From Ignisphaera sp. (GTDB lineage Archaea; Thermoproteota; Thermoprotei_A; Sulfolobales; Ignisphaeraceae): a stretch of 15,255 nt of DNA. The stretch is from contig JAWAHS010000004.1 in the NCBI GenBank assembly GCA_038889075.1, forward strand, positions 4,683 through 19,937, written 5' to 3'. Below are positions 7,612-15,255 of this stretch, in pieces (positions within the stretch are counted from its first letter, which is position 1; every line of letters begins with the position of its first letter). The notes below the pieces were generated by a model. That model ran no database searches. It saw nothing but the letters and a program-made list of their open reading frames with translations, and was not told the DNA's origin. The position numbers and the translations under genes are program-made.

Positions 7612-8367
7612 CTACAGAGACTTTATTCTATATTTATACCTTGAAATCCACTGCCTATTATACTCCTCACCACCAGGGATATTCGCACTCATCCATACAG
7701 GAGGCTTTACACCCTCCTTAACAAGTTTTTCAACTGTTTTAGCAACAAGTAGATTTAGTGTAAATGCAACTAGAATTGTTGAACTTGGTGCAACTCTCTG
7801 TGGAAAGCCCTCTATCTCGACGACAGCATCTCCAAAAGGCATCTTACAGTCTATAACTATATCAGCAATCTCATAGAGATTCTTTCTACTTGGATGTCTA
7901 GCTGGGTGGTCTGGTGGGATAGATTTTGAGAATTCAGGTGATGTAACAGCTATAACTGTTAATCCCCTCTTTTTAGCCTCTAGAGCAGCATCAATAGTAC
8001 AGGAGTTTATGCCATAGGCCGTGGCAATTATGAATGGATCGCCCTCCCTCACATCATAGTAGTCAAGTATGCGTGAACAGTAACCAGGGATTCTCTCGAT
8101 AATTGTCGACTTTATAGCACCGTGATGGAGCATTATCCCAGGTTCAAAAATTGGGTTTATAGGTACTAGACCTCCTGCTCTATAGAATAGCTCCTCCATA
8201 GCCATGTGGGAGTGGCCGCCAGGGCCAAAAACATGAATAAGTCTATCCTCTTTGATAGCCTTGACCAGCACATCAGCTGCACGCTCTATGTTACTCCTCT
8301 CCTGTTCGTAGATTCTCTTTAGAAGACCTGTGATACTCTCATAGTATTTATCTATACTATCTTTCAA
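7612..8367 (-). CDS. UPF0309-type SIS domain protein (NagS-like)
   Basis: Motifs IHVFGPGGHSHMAMEELFYRAGGL, STIIERIPGY, YGIN, VIAVTS, ARHPSRKNLYEIADIVID, PFGDA, PSST and PPVWMSANIPGG. SD GGGGTGA (8379-8373) favours the TTG at 8367 over 8385. Confidence 0.88.
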   Translation of the reverse strand: MKDSIDKYYESITGLLKRIYEQERSNIERAADVLVKAIKEDRLIHVFGPGGHSHMAMEELFYRAGGLVPINPIFEPGIMLHHGAIKSTIIERIPGYCSRILDYYDVREGDPFIIATAYGINSCTIDAALEAKKRGLTVIAVTSPEFSKSIPPDHPARHPSRKNLYEIADIVIDCKMPFGDAVVEIEGFPQRVAPSSTILVAFTLNLLVAKTVEKLVKEGVKPPVWMSANIPGGEEYNRQWISRYKYRIKSL

Positions 8368-8402
8368 ATTTTTCACCCCAGGCAATTCTAGTTAACACAT
8401 TG

Positions 8403-8431
8403 TTTAAAAACCTATCAGAAGAGTTTTAAAA
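8403..8431. promoter_or_regulatory. Divergent TATA boxes for the SIS-epimerase unit and nagA
   Basis: TTTTTAAA on the minus strand at 8410-8403 and TTTTAAAA on the plus strand at 8424-8431, each a plausible distance upstream of an SD site. Confidence 0.5.
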
Positions 8432-8545
8432 TCACTATGGCTTGGAGGTGTATTAATTGAGTGTATTGACTGGCGATGCTATATCCATAAAGGCTTATCT
8501 AGAAGCTGTGCTGTAGATCTATATGAAGCTTGGGTGTTGCTGAAG

Positions 8546-9736
8546 ATGGTGTGTATAGCTCTTGTTAACTCTCTTGTTATTACACCATATAGGGTGGTGA
8601 GAAATGGTGTAGTGGTTGTAGATGATGGAAAGGTGTTAGATGTTGGTTCAGCTGATGGTGTAGCCATACCGAGTTTCTGTGAGAGAATCGATGTTGACAG
8701 CAATATTGTGGCTCCTGGCTTTATAGATATCCATCTCCATGGTGGTGGAGGTGCCGATACCATGGATGCGACATATGAGGCTCTCAATACAATTTCTATC
8801 ACACATGCATCAGGAGGCTCTACAGCTATCTTGCCATCAACTGTATCGGCATCTCTAGATGATGTTGTTAGGGCTATTGATGCTGTTCGTAGTGCTGTGG
8901 CTAGAGGTGTTGGCGGTGCTAGGATTCTGGGTATCCATATAGAGGGTCCGTATATTTCGGTAGAACAGAAGGGTGCACATGATGATAGGTTTATTAGAGA
9001 ACCCTCCGATGAGGAGATGGATATATTGTTGAAGCATGTAGATGTTGTAAAGAGGGTAACAGCTGCACCAGAGGTTAGAGGTTGTCTAAAGCTTGGAAGG
9101 CTGCTGAGCTCCCATGGTGTTCTAATGTCTATAGGCCATTCAAATGCTGTTATGGATGAGGTTCTACAGGCTGTCGACTCTGGCTATAGACATGTGACAC
9201 ATATATACTCAGCAACCTCCATGACGAGAAGAATTAGAGCCTATAGATATCCAGGTGTTGTGGAGGCTGCCTATCTAATAGATGATCTAACAGTTGAGGT
9301 TATAGCTGATGGAAAGCACCTACCACCAGCATTGGTAAGGCTTGTGCTAAAGAATAAGGGTTTGGATAAAGTCTGTATTGTTACAGATGCTATGAGAGCA
9401 GCAGGGCTACCGCCAGGGAGATACAAGCTCGGTACAATAGAGGCTATAGTTGATGAAGGAGTTGCATGGCTCCCCGATAGAACAGCCTTTGCAGGCAGTG
9501 TTGCAAAGATGAATACCATGTTGAGATTCCTGGTAGAGGAGGTAGGTCTAACACTACAAGATGCAGTAAAGCTAGCCACAGTAAATCCGGCAAAAATAAT
9601 AGGGATAGATAGATATAAGGGTTCAATAACGCCGGGAAAGGATGCAGATATAGTTATCATGGATAGAAACCTTGAGATTCTCCTAACAATGATAGAGGGA
9701 AGAGCTGTATACAAATCAAAGGAATGGCGCTACTGA
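8546..9736 (+). CDS. nagA: N-acetylglucosamine-6-phosphate deacetylase
   Basis: Motifs APGFIDIHLHGGGG, GIHIEGPYI, KGAH, AAPE, SIGHS, THIYSA, IADGKH, VTDAM, FAGS, NPAK and GKDADIV. The ATG at 8546 follows GGGTG, and the GTG at 8534 is an alternative start. Confidence 0.93.
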   Translation: MVCIALVNSLVITPYRVVRNGVVVVDDGKVLDVGSADGVAIPSFCERIDVDSNIVAPGFIDIHLHGGGGADTMDATYEALNTISITHASGGSTAILPSTVSASLDDVVRAIDAVRSAVARGVGGARILGIHIEGPYISVEQKGAHDDRFIREPSDEEMDILLKHVDVVKRVTAAPEVRGCLKLGRLLSSHGVLMSIGHSNAVMDEVLQAVDSGYRHVTHIYSATSMTRRIRAYRYPGVVEAAYLIDDLTVEVIADGKHLPPALVRLVLKNKGLDKVCIVTDAMRAAGLPPGRYKLGTIEAIVDEGVAWLPDRTAFAGSVAKMNTMLRFLVEEVGLTLQDAVKLATVNPAKIIGIDRYKGSITPGKDADIVIMDRNLEILLTMIEGRAVYKSKEWRY

Positions 9737-10010
9737 TAAACACATCTAATCTAAATAACCAATTATCGGTATCCCACACATTACAAACCCATCCGGAGCC
9801 CAATTACTCCTGCTATACCAATTTAAATAGTGGTATACTATTCTATCCACTATTTATTGTTCTACTGAAAGTAAATTTATTTCTAGTGGAGATGCTACAG
9901 AGGATTAAAGGAGTTTCCTAAGGAATATGCGGCGATCTCGGTAGGGGAAGATTATGATTGATGCGTCTATTATAGTTTATAATTTTAAAGTCTGGAGCTA
10001 TAGAGACTAC

Positions 10011-10066
10011 CAGATGATGTGTTCACTCCGTACTGACTACCGTGATGATGTCGGCCTGTTCTGATA
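10011..10066 (+). ncRNA. Archaeal box C/D 2'-O-methylation guide sRNA
   Basis: Box C ATGATGT at 10014-10020, 12-nt guide GTTCACTCCGTA, box D' CTGA at 10033-10036, box C' GTGATGA at 10042-10048, 12-nt guide TGTCGGCCTGTT, box D CTGA at 10061-10064. TATA-like TTTATAA/TTTTAAAG lies at 9976-9990. Confidence 0.88.
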
Positions 10067-10327
10067 GACTTTGGCCATAGACAATACTTTTGTTGAAGCT
10101 CTTTTATCTATAGATCCGTAGACGGTCCATCATTTATTATACTCTCTAACCTCAGGGAATGAAATCGTTAAGTTGCAGCCCTGCGACTTCCATCTACGAG
10201 ATTGAAATATAAAATATATTGGTACTCTGCTACTACACTGTAGATCATCAATTTTGGAGTAGATGGAGCTGCCAGTACAAATTCAGTATTGAGATACATC
10301 CGTAGTAGAGCTTGTACCGGTCTGTAT

Positions 10328-10513
10328 CTATGATGAATAGTAGCGTATAAGTGCTTCCCCTATTGCTAAGATGCCGAGGAGTGCAAGTATCCAGGGCCAT
10401 AGAGCGTTAAAGTAGAATAGGATAGCCAATCCTATCAGAAATATACCGCCCATGACGCCATGTAGTGCCTTCTTTCTAGATTCTTCTCCATTATTACCGT
10501 TGTTCTGTCCCAA
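10328..10513 (-). CDS. Small membrane protein (LiaF-TM/DUF5668-like)
   Basis: The pattern GIFLIGLAILFYFNALWPWILALLGILAIG has two helices joined by LWP. GTGGTG lies upstream of a TTG start. Confidence 0.7.
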   Translation of the reverse strand: MGQNNGNNGEESRKKALHGVMGGIFLIGLAILFYFNALWPWILALLGILAIGEALIRYYSS

Positions 10514-10647
10514 ACTGTTACACCACTACCATACTGCTCTACAGAACAGATATATCTCTATTACGTATCTATATCGCTTGTGGTGCTCGTAGTAGCACTG
10601 TTTTGATTAGTGGTATTTATTGAGGCTTTGGGCTATAGAGTTTGAAG

Positions 10648-11436
10648 CTAGAGAATGGCTGGTGTGATGAGCGCTGCTACTATAGCTGTAAGATACAATG
10701 ATGCAATGACTACTATAAAGAGTGCATCCATCTTTCTAAACTTTATCGATTTATAGAATGTTCTTTTTTTGCTGTATCCAAAGCCTCTAAGCTCCATAGC
10801 CTCAATTAGATCCTTGGCTCTAATTATAGAGCAGACAATTGTTGGTATTACAATAGCGGCCAGCCTTTTAACCCTATCCATCACCCTACCCTTCTCAAAA
10901 TCTAGCCCCCTAGCCCTCTGAGCATCATAGATATTCTTCATTTCGCTAAATACTATTGGTATGAATCTCAGCGCTATTATAAATGGATAGACATAGGTGT
11001 ATGTGATACCAACTTTTGCAAAGGCCTGTATTATCTGCCATGGTGTTGTTGTAGATAGAAGAACCAGTATAGGTATCGCTATGCAGAGGATTCTAGCTAC
11101 AGACCTTATCTGCATTATGGCAACTTCAGCTAGAGATATATTGGTAAAGGCTAGCGATATCATTATGTTGAACACTACTATAATGGCGATAAACGGTGCC
11201 AGCCCCCTTAAAAAAAGGGCAAACTTTACAACAAGGTTTCTATACAGTGTTAGAAGGACGAGGTTGGCTACAAGTATTAGAAGGAGTATATCAAGCCTAG
11301 CTACAGCCATGGATACAGCAATGGTTAGCGCTACATATAGTAGCTTAGCCCTAGGGTCGATTGCATGTAGGGTGCTGTTAGACTCTTCATATAGTAGTGC
11401 ATAGCCTATAGAGTCAAAGAAGCCCTGTTGCCTCAT
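10648..11436 (-). CDS. ecfT: ECF transporter T component
   Basis: Motifs STLHAIDPRAKL, STTTP, ALRFIP and the coupling motifs AQRARG and AMELRGF. The start overlaps the ATPase stop by 4 bp (ATGA). Confidence 0.95.
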   Translation of the reverse strand: MRQQGFFDSIGYALLYEESNSTLHAIDPRAKLLYVALTIAVSMAVARLDILLLILVANLVLLTLYRNLVVKFALFLRGLAPFIAIIVVFNIMISLAFTNISLAEVAIMQIRSVARILCIAIPILVLLSTTTPWQIIQAFAKVGITYTYVYPFIIALRFIPIVFSEMKNIYDAQRARGLDFEKGRVMDRVKRLAAIVIPTIVCSIIRAKDLIEAMELRGFGYSKKRTFYKSIKFRKMDALFIVVIASLYLTAIVAALITPAIL

Positions 11437-13139
11437 CTCTGTACCCCTGATAGCATGGTATATAGCTCTCCTTCATTCAGCGGCCTTATGCATTCATCTA
11501 GACCAGCTAACTTGACAAGCATTGGTATCTGTGGAGGGGCTACCCTAGCTCTAGCAAGTAGTGCATCGTTGTACAGTATTTCGCTGGGGGTTCCTTGGGC
11601 CAGAACCATCCCATCGCTTAACACAATAATCCTATCTAGGGGAGCATATGATAGAAACTCTATATCGTGTGTAGTTAGAATAACCGTCTTCCCCCTCTTT
11701 ATAAGGTCCGTAAGTATCTTTAGAAGCTCCATTTTAAGTGAGAAGTCTATACCAGCTGTAGCTTCATCCAATACCACAGCCTCTGGATCATAGACGAGAA
11801 CAGATGCTATGGCTAGCCTCCTCTGTTCACCAACAGAGATTTCATAAGGCGATCTATCGGCCAGGTGAGACAGGTTGAAGTATCTCAGTATAGCTAGTGC
11901 CTTCTCCTCAGCATTGCTAATACCCATATTTCTTGCTGAGAACATGATCTCCTCTAGAACGGTCTCTTTAAAGAATTGGTGAAGCGGATTCTGGAAGACA
12001 ACACCTATATATTTAGCAAGCTCAGCAACGGAATAGCTAGACGTATCTCTACCAAATACCTTTACACTACCTTTAGAAGGCTTAAGAATACCGTTGAAGT
12101 GTTTTACAAGTGTTGTTTTTCCCGAACCATTTGCACCAACTATAGCTATAAATTCACCTCGATATACATCGATATCTATACCCTTTAGAGCTATTCTTCC
12201 ACTAGCATACGTATACCATAGATTTCTGGTAGAGATTATAGGATCTACATCTAACCGCATACTATAAACTCTATCTGGTGGTGCACTACCACATTCACTA
12301 TTTCTATGGAAGAGCCCTCTGAATACATCTATAGATTCATCTACGGCTAGCGGAATAAAGCTGGAGCCAGCCATGGTGAATAATCTCGATATGGAGGGGA
12401 TTTCTATACCCCTACCACTCTCGCTATTTAAAATACTGGCTAGAACATCTCTAGGTCTTCCATCAAAAACGATACGCCGGTCGAGTACAATAAGCCTAGA
12501 CACATACTTTATAAGCTCCGATAACCTGTGCTCTATTACAACTATGGTTACTCCATGCACTCTATTGAGATTACGGAGGATTTCCAGAAGCTCCTTTACG
12601 CTATATGGATCTAGATGTGCTAGCGGTTCATCTAAGACTATTATCTTCGGTATATATGCGAGAATGCTTGCCAGTACAACCTTTTGAATCTCTCCACCAG
12701 ATAGGGTATTCGTCGCCCTATTCCTTAGATGCCCTATCTTTAAGCTATTCATCGCCTCCTCTATTCTACTCAAAATAGTTTTAACATCGAATAGCAGGTT
12801 TTCGAGAGGAAAAGCTATCTCTTCTTCAACAACTAGATTAACTATCTGGTTCTCAGGAACCTGTAGAACGATGCCGATCCTACCGATAATGCTACGGATA
12901 CCCTCCTCAACAACGTTAACACCGTCTACAGATACTTCTCCACTTAGCGAACCTCCATAGATATGGGGTATCAGACCTGTAACTATTCTAGCAAGTGTAG
13001 ATTTCCCACCCCCAGAAGGTCCTGCTATAGCTACAAACTCACCATAGTCTATAGAGAGATTTATATTCTCTATAGCTGGAGCTGTAGTATTTGGATAAAA
13101 ATATGTTGTATTCCTTAATTCGATAGCCCTACCATCCAT
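11433..13139 (-). CDS. ecfA: ECF transporter fused double ATPase (EcfA-A')
   Basis: Two NBDs: GPSGGGKST / QVPENQ / LSGGE / VLDEP and GANGSGKTT / FQNP / ISVGE / VLDEA / THD. Confidence 0.95.
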   Translation of the reverse strand: MDGRAIELRNTTYFYPNTTAPAIENINLSIDYGEFVAIAGPSGGGKSTLARIVTGLIPHIYGGSLSGEVSVDGVNVVEEGIRSIIGRIGIVLQVPENQIVNLVVEEEIAFPLENLLFDVKTILSRIEEAMNSLKIGHLRNRATNTLSGGEIQKVVLASILAYIPKIIVLDEPLAHLDPYSVKELLEILRNLNRVHGVTIVVIEHRLSELIKYVSRLIVLDRRIVFDGRPRDVLASILNSESGRGIEIPSISRLFTMAGSSFIPLAVDESIDVFRGLFHRNSECGSAPPDRVYSMRLDVDPIISTRNLWYTYASGRIALKGIDIDVYRGEFIAIVGANGSGKTTLVKHFNGILKPSKGSVKVFGRDTSSYSVAELAKYIGVVFQNPLHQFFKETVLEEIMFSARNMGISNAEEKALAILRYFNLSHLADRSPYEISVGEQRRLAIASVLVYDPEAVVLDEATAGIDFSLKMELLKILTDLIKRGKTVILTTHDIEFLSYAPLDRIIVLSDGMVLAQGTPSEILYNDALLARARVAPPQIPMLVKLAGLDECIRPLNEGELYTMLSGVQR

Positions 13140-13152
13140 TGCAGCTTCCTTG

Positions 13153-13914
13153 CTATCTAAAGCTTTTGAGATTCTTTACAAAGAGTATCTCACTGGTACC
13201 CGAGGCCCTGAGGAGCGCCTTTACAGTAGGTATAGCAATTGCAAATCCTATCACAGCCTCCAGTATATACTGAGCTACATAGAATGCCGGGCTAACCATG
13301 AACAGCCCCCTCACTATAGCAACGTCCGCTAGCCCAAATAGACCGCTGTAGACAGGTGGTAGTGAGAAAACGAAGTTTCCAAATGCCTTGTCAAACTCTC
13401 TAGCGATAAAGAAGATAAGGTAAAGTGCTGTATATCGTATGCTACTCTTTCCACTATCTAGCATTCTAATAGCTATCGGGATGAGAGCTACCGCTACCAC
13501 CTTATCTAAAAATGCTAGTGTATATACATACCAATGCTCGGTCACCGGATAGAACGGTGGTGTAAACATCGACACTATAAGTATTGCGAGGAGGATCCCC
13601 ATAGCCACCCTCCACCTCTTTACAGCAAGCATACCAGCACCTACTGCCGAAAGTGGAGCACACAGTATAAATGGAACGCCATATGGATTGGGCGGCGTCA
13701 GTGTCTTGATAATATTGCCAACAAGTACCGCTATACCACCTATGTAGGGTCCTAGGATAAGCCCTAGCAGTGGGGCTAGCGATGCACCTATTTCCATTCT
13801 TATCTGTGGCAAACCTATAACAGGCACTCCAGGGAGAAACAGAAATATGTAGTATACAGCAGCACCAATACCAGCAAAGCCCACTACATAGCTTGGGCTA
13901 ACCCTTCTACTCAT
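13153..13914 (-). CDS. ECF transporter S component, substrate unknown (253 aa)
   Basis: First gene before ecfA and ecfT, with the S-component-like LGLILGPYIGGIAVLVG and about 8 hydrophobic segments. The start is trimmed to the ATG at 13914 (or GTG at 13920) because the longer ORF runs through the promoter into the divergent gene. Confidence 0.82.
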   Translation of the reverse strand: MSRRVSPSYVVGFAGIGAAVYYIFLFLPGVPVIGLPQIRMEIGASLAPLLGLILGPYIGGIAVLVGNIIKTLTPPNPYGVPFILCAPLSAVGAGMLAVKRWRVAMGILLAILIVSMFTPPFYPVTEHWYVYTLAFLDKVVAVALIPIAIRMLDSGKSSIRYTALYLIFFIAREFDKAFGNFVFSLPPVYSGLFGLADVAIVRGLFMVSPAFYVAQYILEAVIGFAIAIPTVKALLRASGTSEILFVKNLKSFR

Positions 13915-13930
13915 ACTCACGGCTATTCTC

Positions 13931-13988
13931 CCTGTGTCGGGTTTAACACAGGAAACATTTAAATTTTTCTGTGTAAATACTAAACAGA
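13931..13988. promoter_or_regulatory. Divergent promoter with two inverted-repeat sites flanking a TATA box
   Basis: CCTGTGT-N8-ACACAGG (13931-13952), ATTTAAAT (13957-13964, preceded by a purine-rich BRE-like AGAAAA on the minus strand) and TCTGTGT-N7-AAACAGA (13968-13988). Confidence 0.6.
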
Positions 13989-14000
13989 GCGAGAGTGTAT

Positions 14001-14540
14001 ATGGAGCATAGTAGTAAATCTGATGAATACTGGCCATTTATAGTCATAATGCCTATAGATGCCAGTAGAAGAGCAAAGTACATGCTAACACTATTCTCAT
14101 CACCAACATCACTGGAGATTCTAAATCTCTTTAAATGGGGTGAGGAGCTGTGCCAAAAAGAGATTATACTAGCTCTTAGCCACCACTCGAATAAAACCGT
14201 TATATCTATGCTCAAAAAGCTGGTTGAACTAAAGCTTCTCAGTGAGAATGTGAAGGTGGTTCAATACAGCAATAGGGTTGTTAGAATGAAGTGCTATAGA
14301 CTTACAGAAATTGGTAGATGGTACAGTCTACTATTTAAAGATCCTAGAATACTGGATAGAGAGACACTGAAAAGTAGCATAGTTGAGCTACTTACATGGC
14401 TTCTAAACAGATTCCTTACATACAGTAGCGAGCTAGATATCGATATAGAGAGTATAGAGAGATACATATGTAGTACAATAGCTAGCGCACGGAAAGCTTC
14501 AACATCTCAATTAAATAGAACTACTAGAGAGGTATACTAA
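14001..14540 (+). CDS. Winged helix-turn-helix (ArsR-like) transcriptional regulator
   Basis: FSSPTSLEILNLF...LCQKEII...SNKTVISMLKKLVELKLL...KCYRLTEIGRW has the typical wHTH layout. The gene is divergent from the ECF operon. Confidence 0.8.
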   Translation: MEHSSKSDEYWPFIVIMPIDASRRAKYMLTLFSSPTSLEILNLFKWGEELCQKEIILALSHHSNKTVISMLKKLVELKLLSENVKVVQYSNRVVRMKCYRLTEIGRWYSLLFKDPRILDRETLKSSIVELLTWLLNRFLTYSSELDIDIESIERYICSTIASARKASTSQLNRTTREVY

Positions 14541-14774
14541 ACTAAAAATAGTGTCCATGCATAGCATGTTGAGGTTATACCATGTGTATAAAGTATGATG
14601 GAGAAATCCCTACAATGGTATTTCTATCATTTCTTTCAATATCTCTACCTCTCAAATTGTGTATGGAAATTTATTAGAGGGTAGATTAATTTTATAAGAA
14701 GGTGTCAGGACCTATTTAAAAAAGCATTAATCTTTAATATGGTTTAAGTTAAAAATGTATCGGCTCTGTGGAAA

Positions 14775-15255
14775 TTAGTTGAACCGTGTCATGCTTTCTG
14801 AAACCGCTCTATAGGCATCTATAAGACCGTAGCCATAGAGTGCATCGTATCCTGCTGTACCTAGGTCTATTGCAGTTGTTCTGATCAGCTCTATCATCTG
14901 GGCTGGTGCTAGCTTCTGCCTACCTGTTGCTAATCTAACTGCCTGTACTAGGGCAACTGCTGCAGATACGTGTGGGCAGGCCATCGAGGTACCGCTAGCT
15001 ATAACATGTCTATTACCGGGGTATGTGGACAGCACCCCTGATCCTGGTGCTACTACATCCGGGTTTCTATTGCTCCAGCTGGGTACAGCGTAGTACCTAT
15101 CTATAGCACCTACAGCTATAACCTCTGGGTAGCAGGCTGGGCAAACTGGGCTGGAGCCGCCTGAGTTTCCAGCTGCCGCCACTAGAACAGCCCCATTACT
15201 GTAGGCATACCTAACAGCATCGTAGAGCACTGTGCTAGAGGCTCCGCCAAGAGAC
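14775..15255 (-). CDS. Subtilisin-like serine protease (peptidase S8), C-terminal part; the gene starts beyond the window
   Basis: The frame is open to the window edge (SLGGASST). Motifs VAAAGNSG (oxyanion Asn), VIAVGA, PDVVAPG, SGTSMACPHVS (catalytic Ser) and YGYGLIDA. Confidence 0.95.
   Translation of the reverse strand, partial: SLGGASSTVLYDAVRYAYSNGAVLVAAAGNSGGSSPVCPACYPEVIAVGAIDRYYAVPSWSNRNPDVVAPGSGVLSTYPGNRHVIASGTSMACPHVSAAVALVQAVRLATGRQKLAPAQMIELIRTTAIDLGTAGYDALYGYGLIDAYRAVSESMTRFN

Noticed and set aside
9724-9921. 65-aa ORF overlapping the nagA end
   Set aside because: Its composition is atypical, it crosses promoter-like AT-rich sequence and it has no motif.
10201-10208. ATTGAAA / TTTCAAT words resembling CRISPR repeat ends (also near 10 and 14634)
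   Set aside because: These are isolated short matches with no repeat-spacer periodicity and no cas genes.
10225-10300. Minus-strand CTGA...TGATGA...CAGA as a second C/D sRNA
   Set aside because: Box spacing is wrong and the boxes are degenerate.
11815-11845. Non-canonical ABC signature ISVGE in the second NBD
   Set aside because: Such variation is common in fused ECF ATPases, and Walker A/B and the H-loop are intact.
792-13755. Many antisense or out-of-frame ORFs in the track (e.g. 6024-6542, 7027-7530, 8479-8802, 9271-9714, 10997-11404)
   Set aside because: They are shadows of well-supported genes and have no recognisable motifs.
13915-14037. 41-aa N-terminal extension of the S-component ORF
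   Set aside because: It spans the promoter and overlaps the divergent regulator gene, so it is unlikely to be translated.
14595-14684. Two imperfect inverted repeats between the regulator and the subtilase, considered as a MITE or ncRNA
   Set aside because: The arms are short, mismatched and AT-rich, with no target-site duplication or second copy.

Overview
AT-rich, gene-dense archaeal DNA. A Thermoproteota/Desulfurococcales-like origin is inferred from GGTGA-type SD sites, TTTAAA boxes, AGA/AGG/ATA codon use and a box C/D guide RNA. Bases 1-9740 form a catabolic island with four parts: (i) a minus-strand run of Na+:solute symporter, degenerate amidohydrolase, intact amidohydrolase, cupin and a frameshifted LarA-family pseudogene missing from the ORF track; (ii) a plus-strand run of an internally duplicated PepSY-like protein, a small 2-TM protein and a second symporter; (iii) a UPF0309/NagS-like SIS protein plus a TIM-barrel sugar epimerase; (iv) nagA, divergent from (iii). 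After the island come an unannotated box C/D sRNA (about 10011-10066), a small membrane protein, a dedicated ECF transporter with a long S component divergent from a winged-helix regulator across palindromic sites, and the 3' end of a subtilase. The best candidate for an undescribed system is an archaeal N-acyl amino-sugar pathway built around the NagS-like protein, NagA, the epimerase and the active/inactive amidohydrolase pair. All family calls come from motif recognition by eye, and no searches were run.
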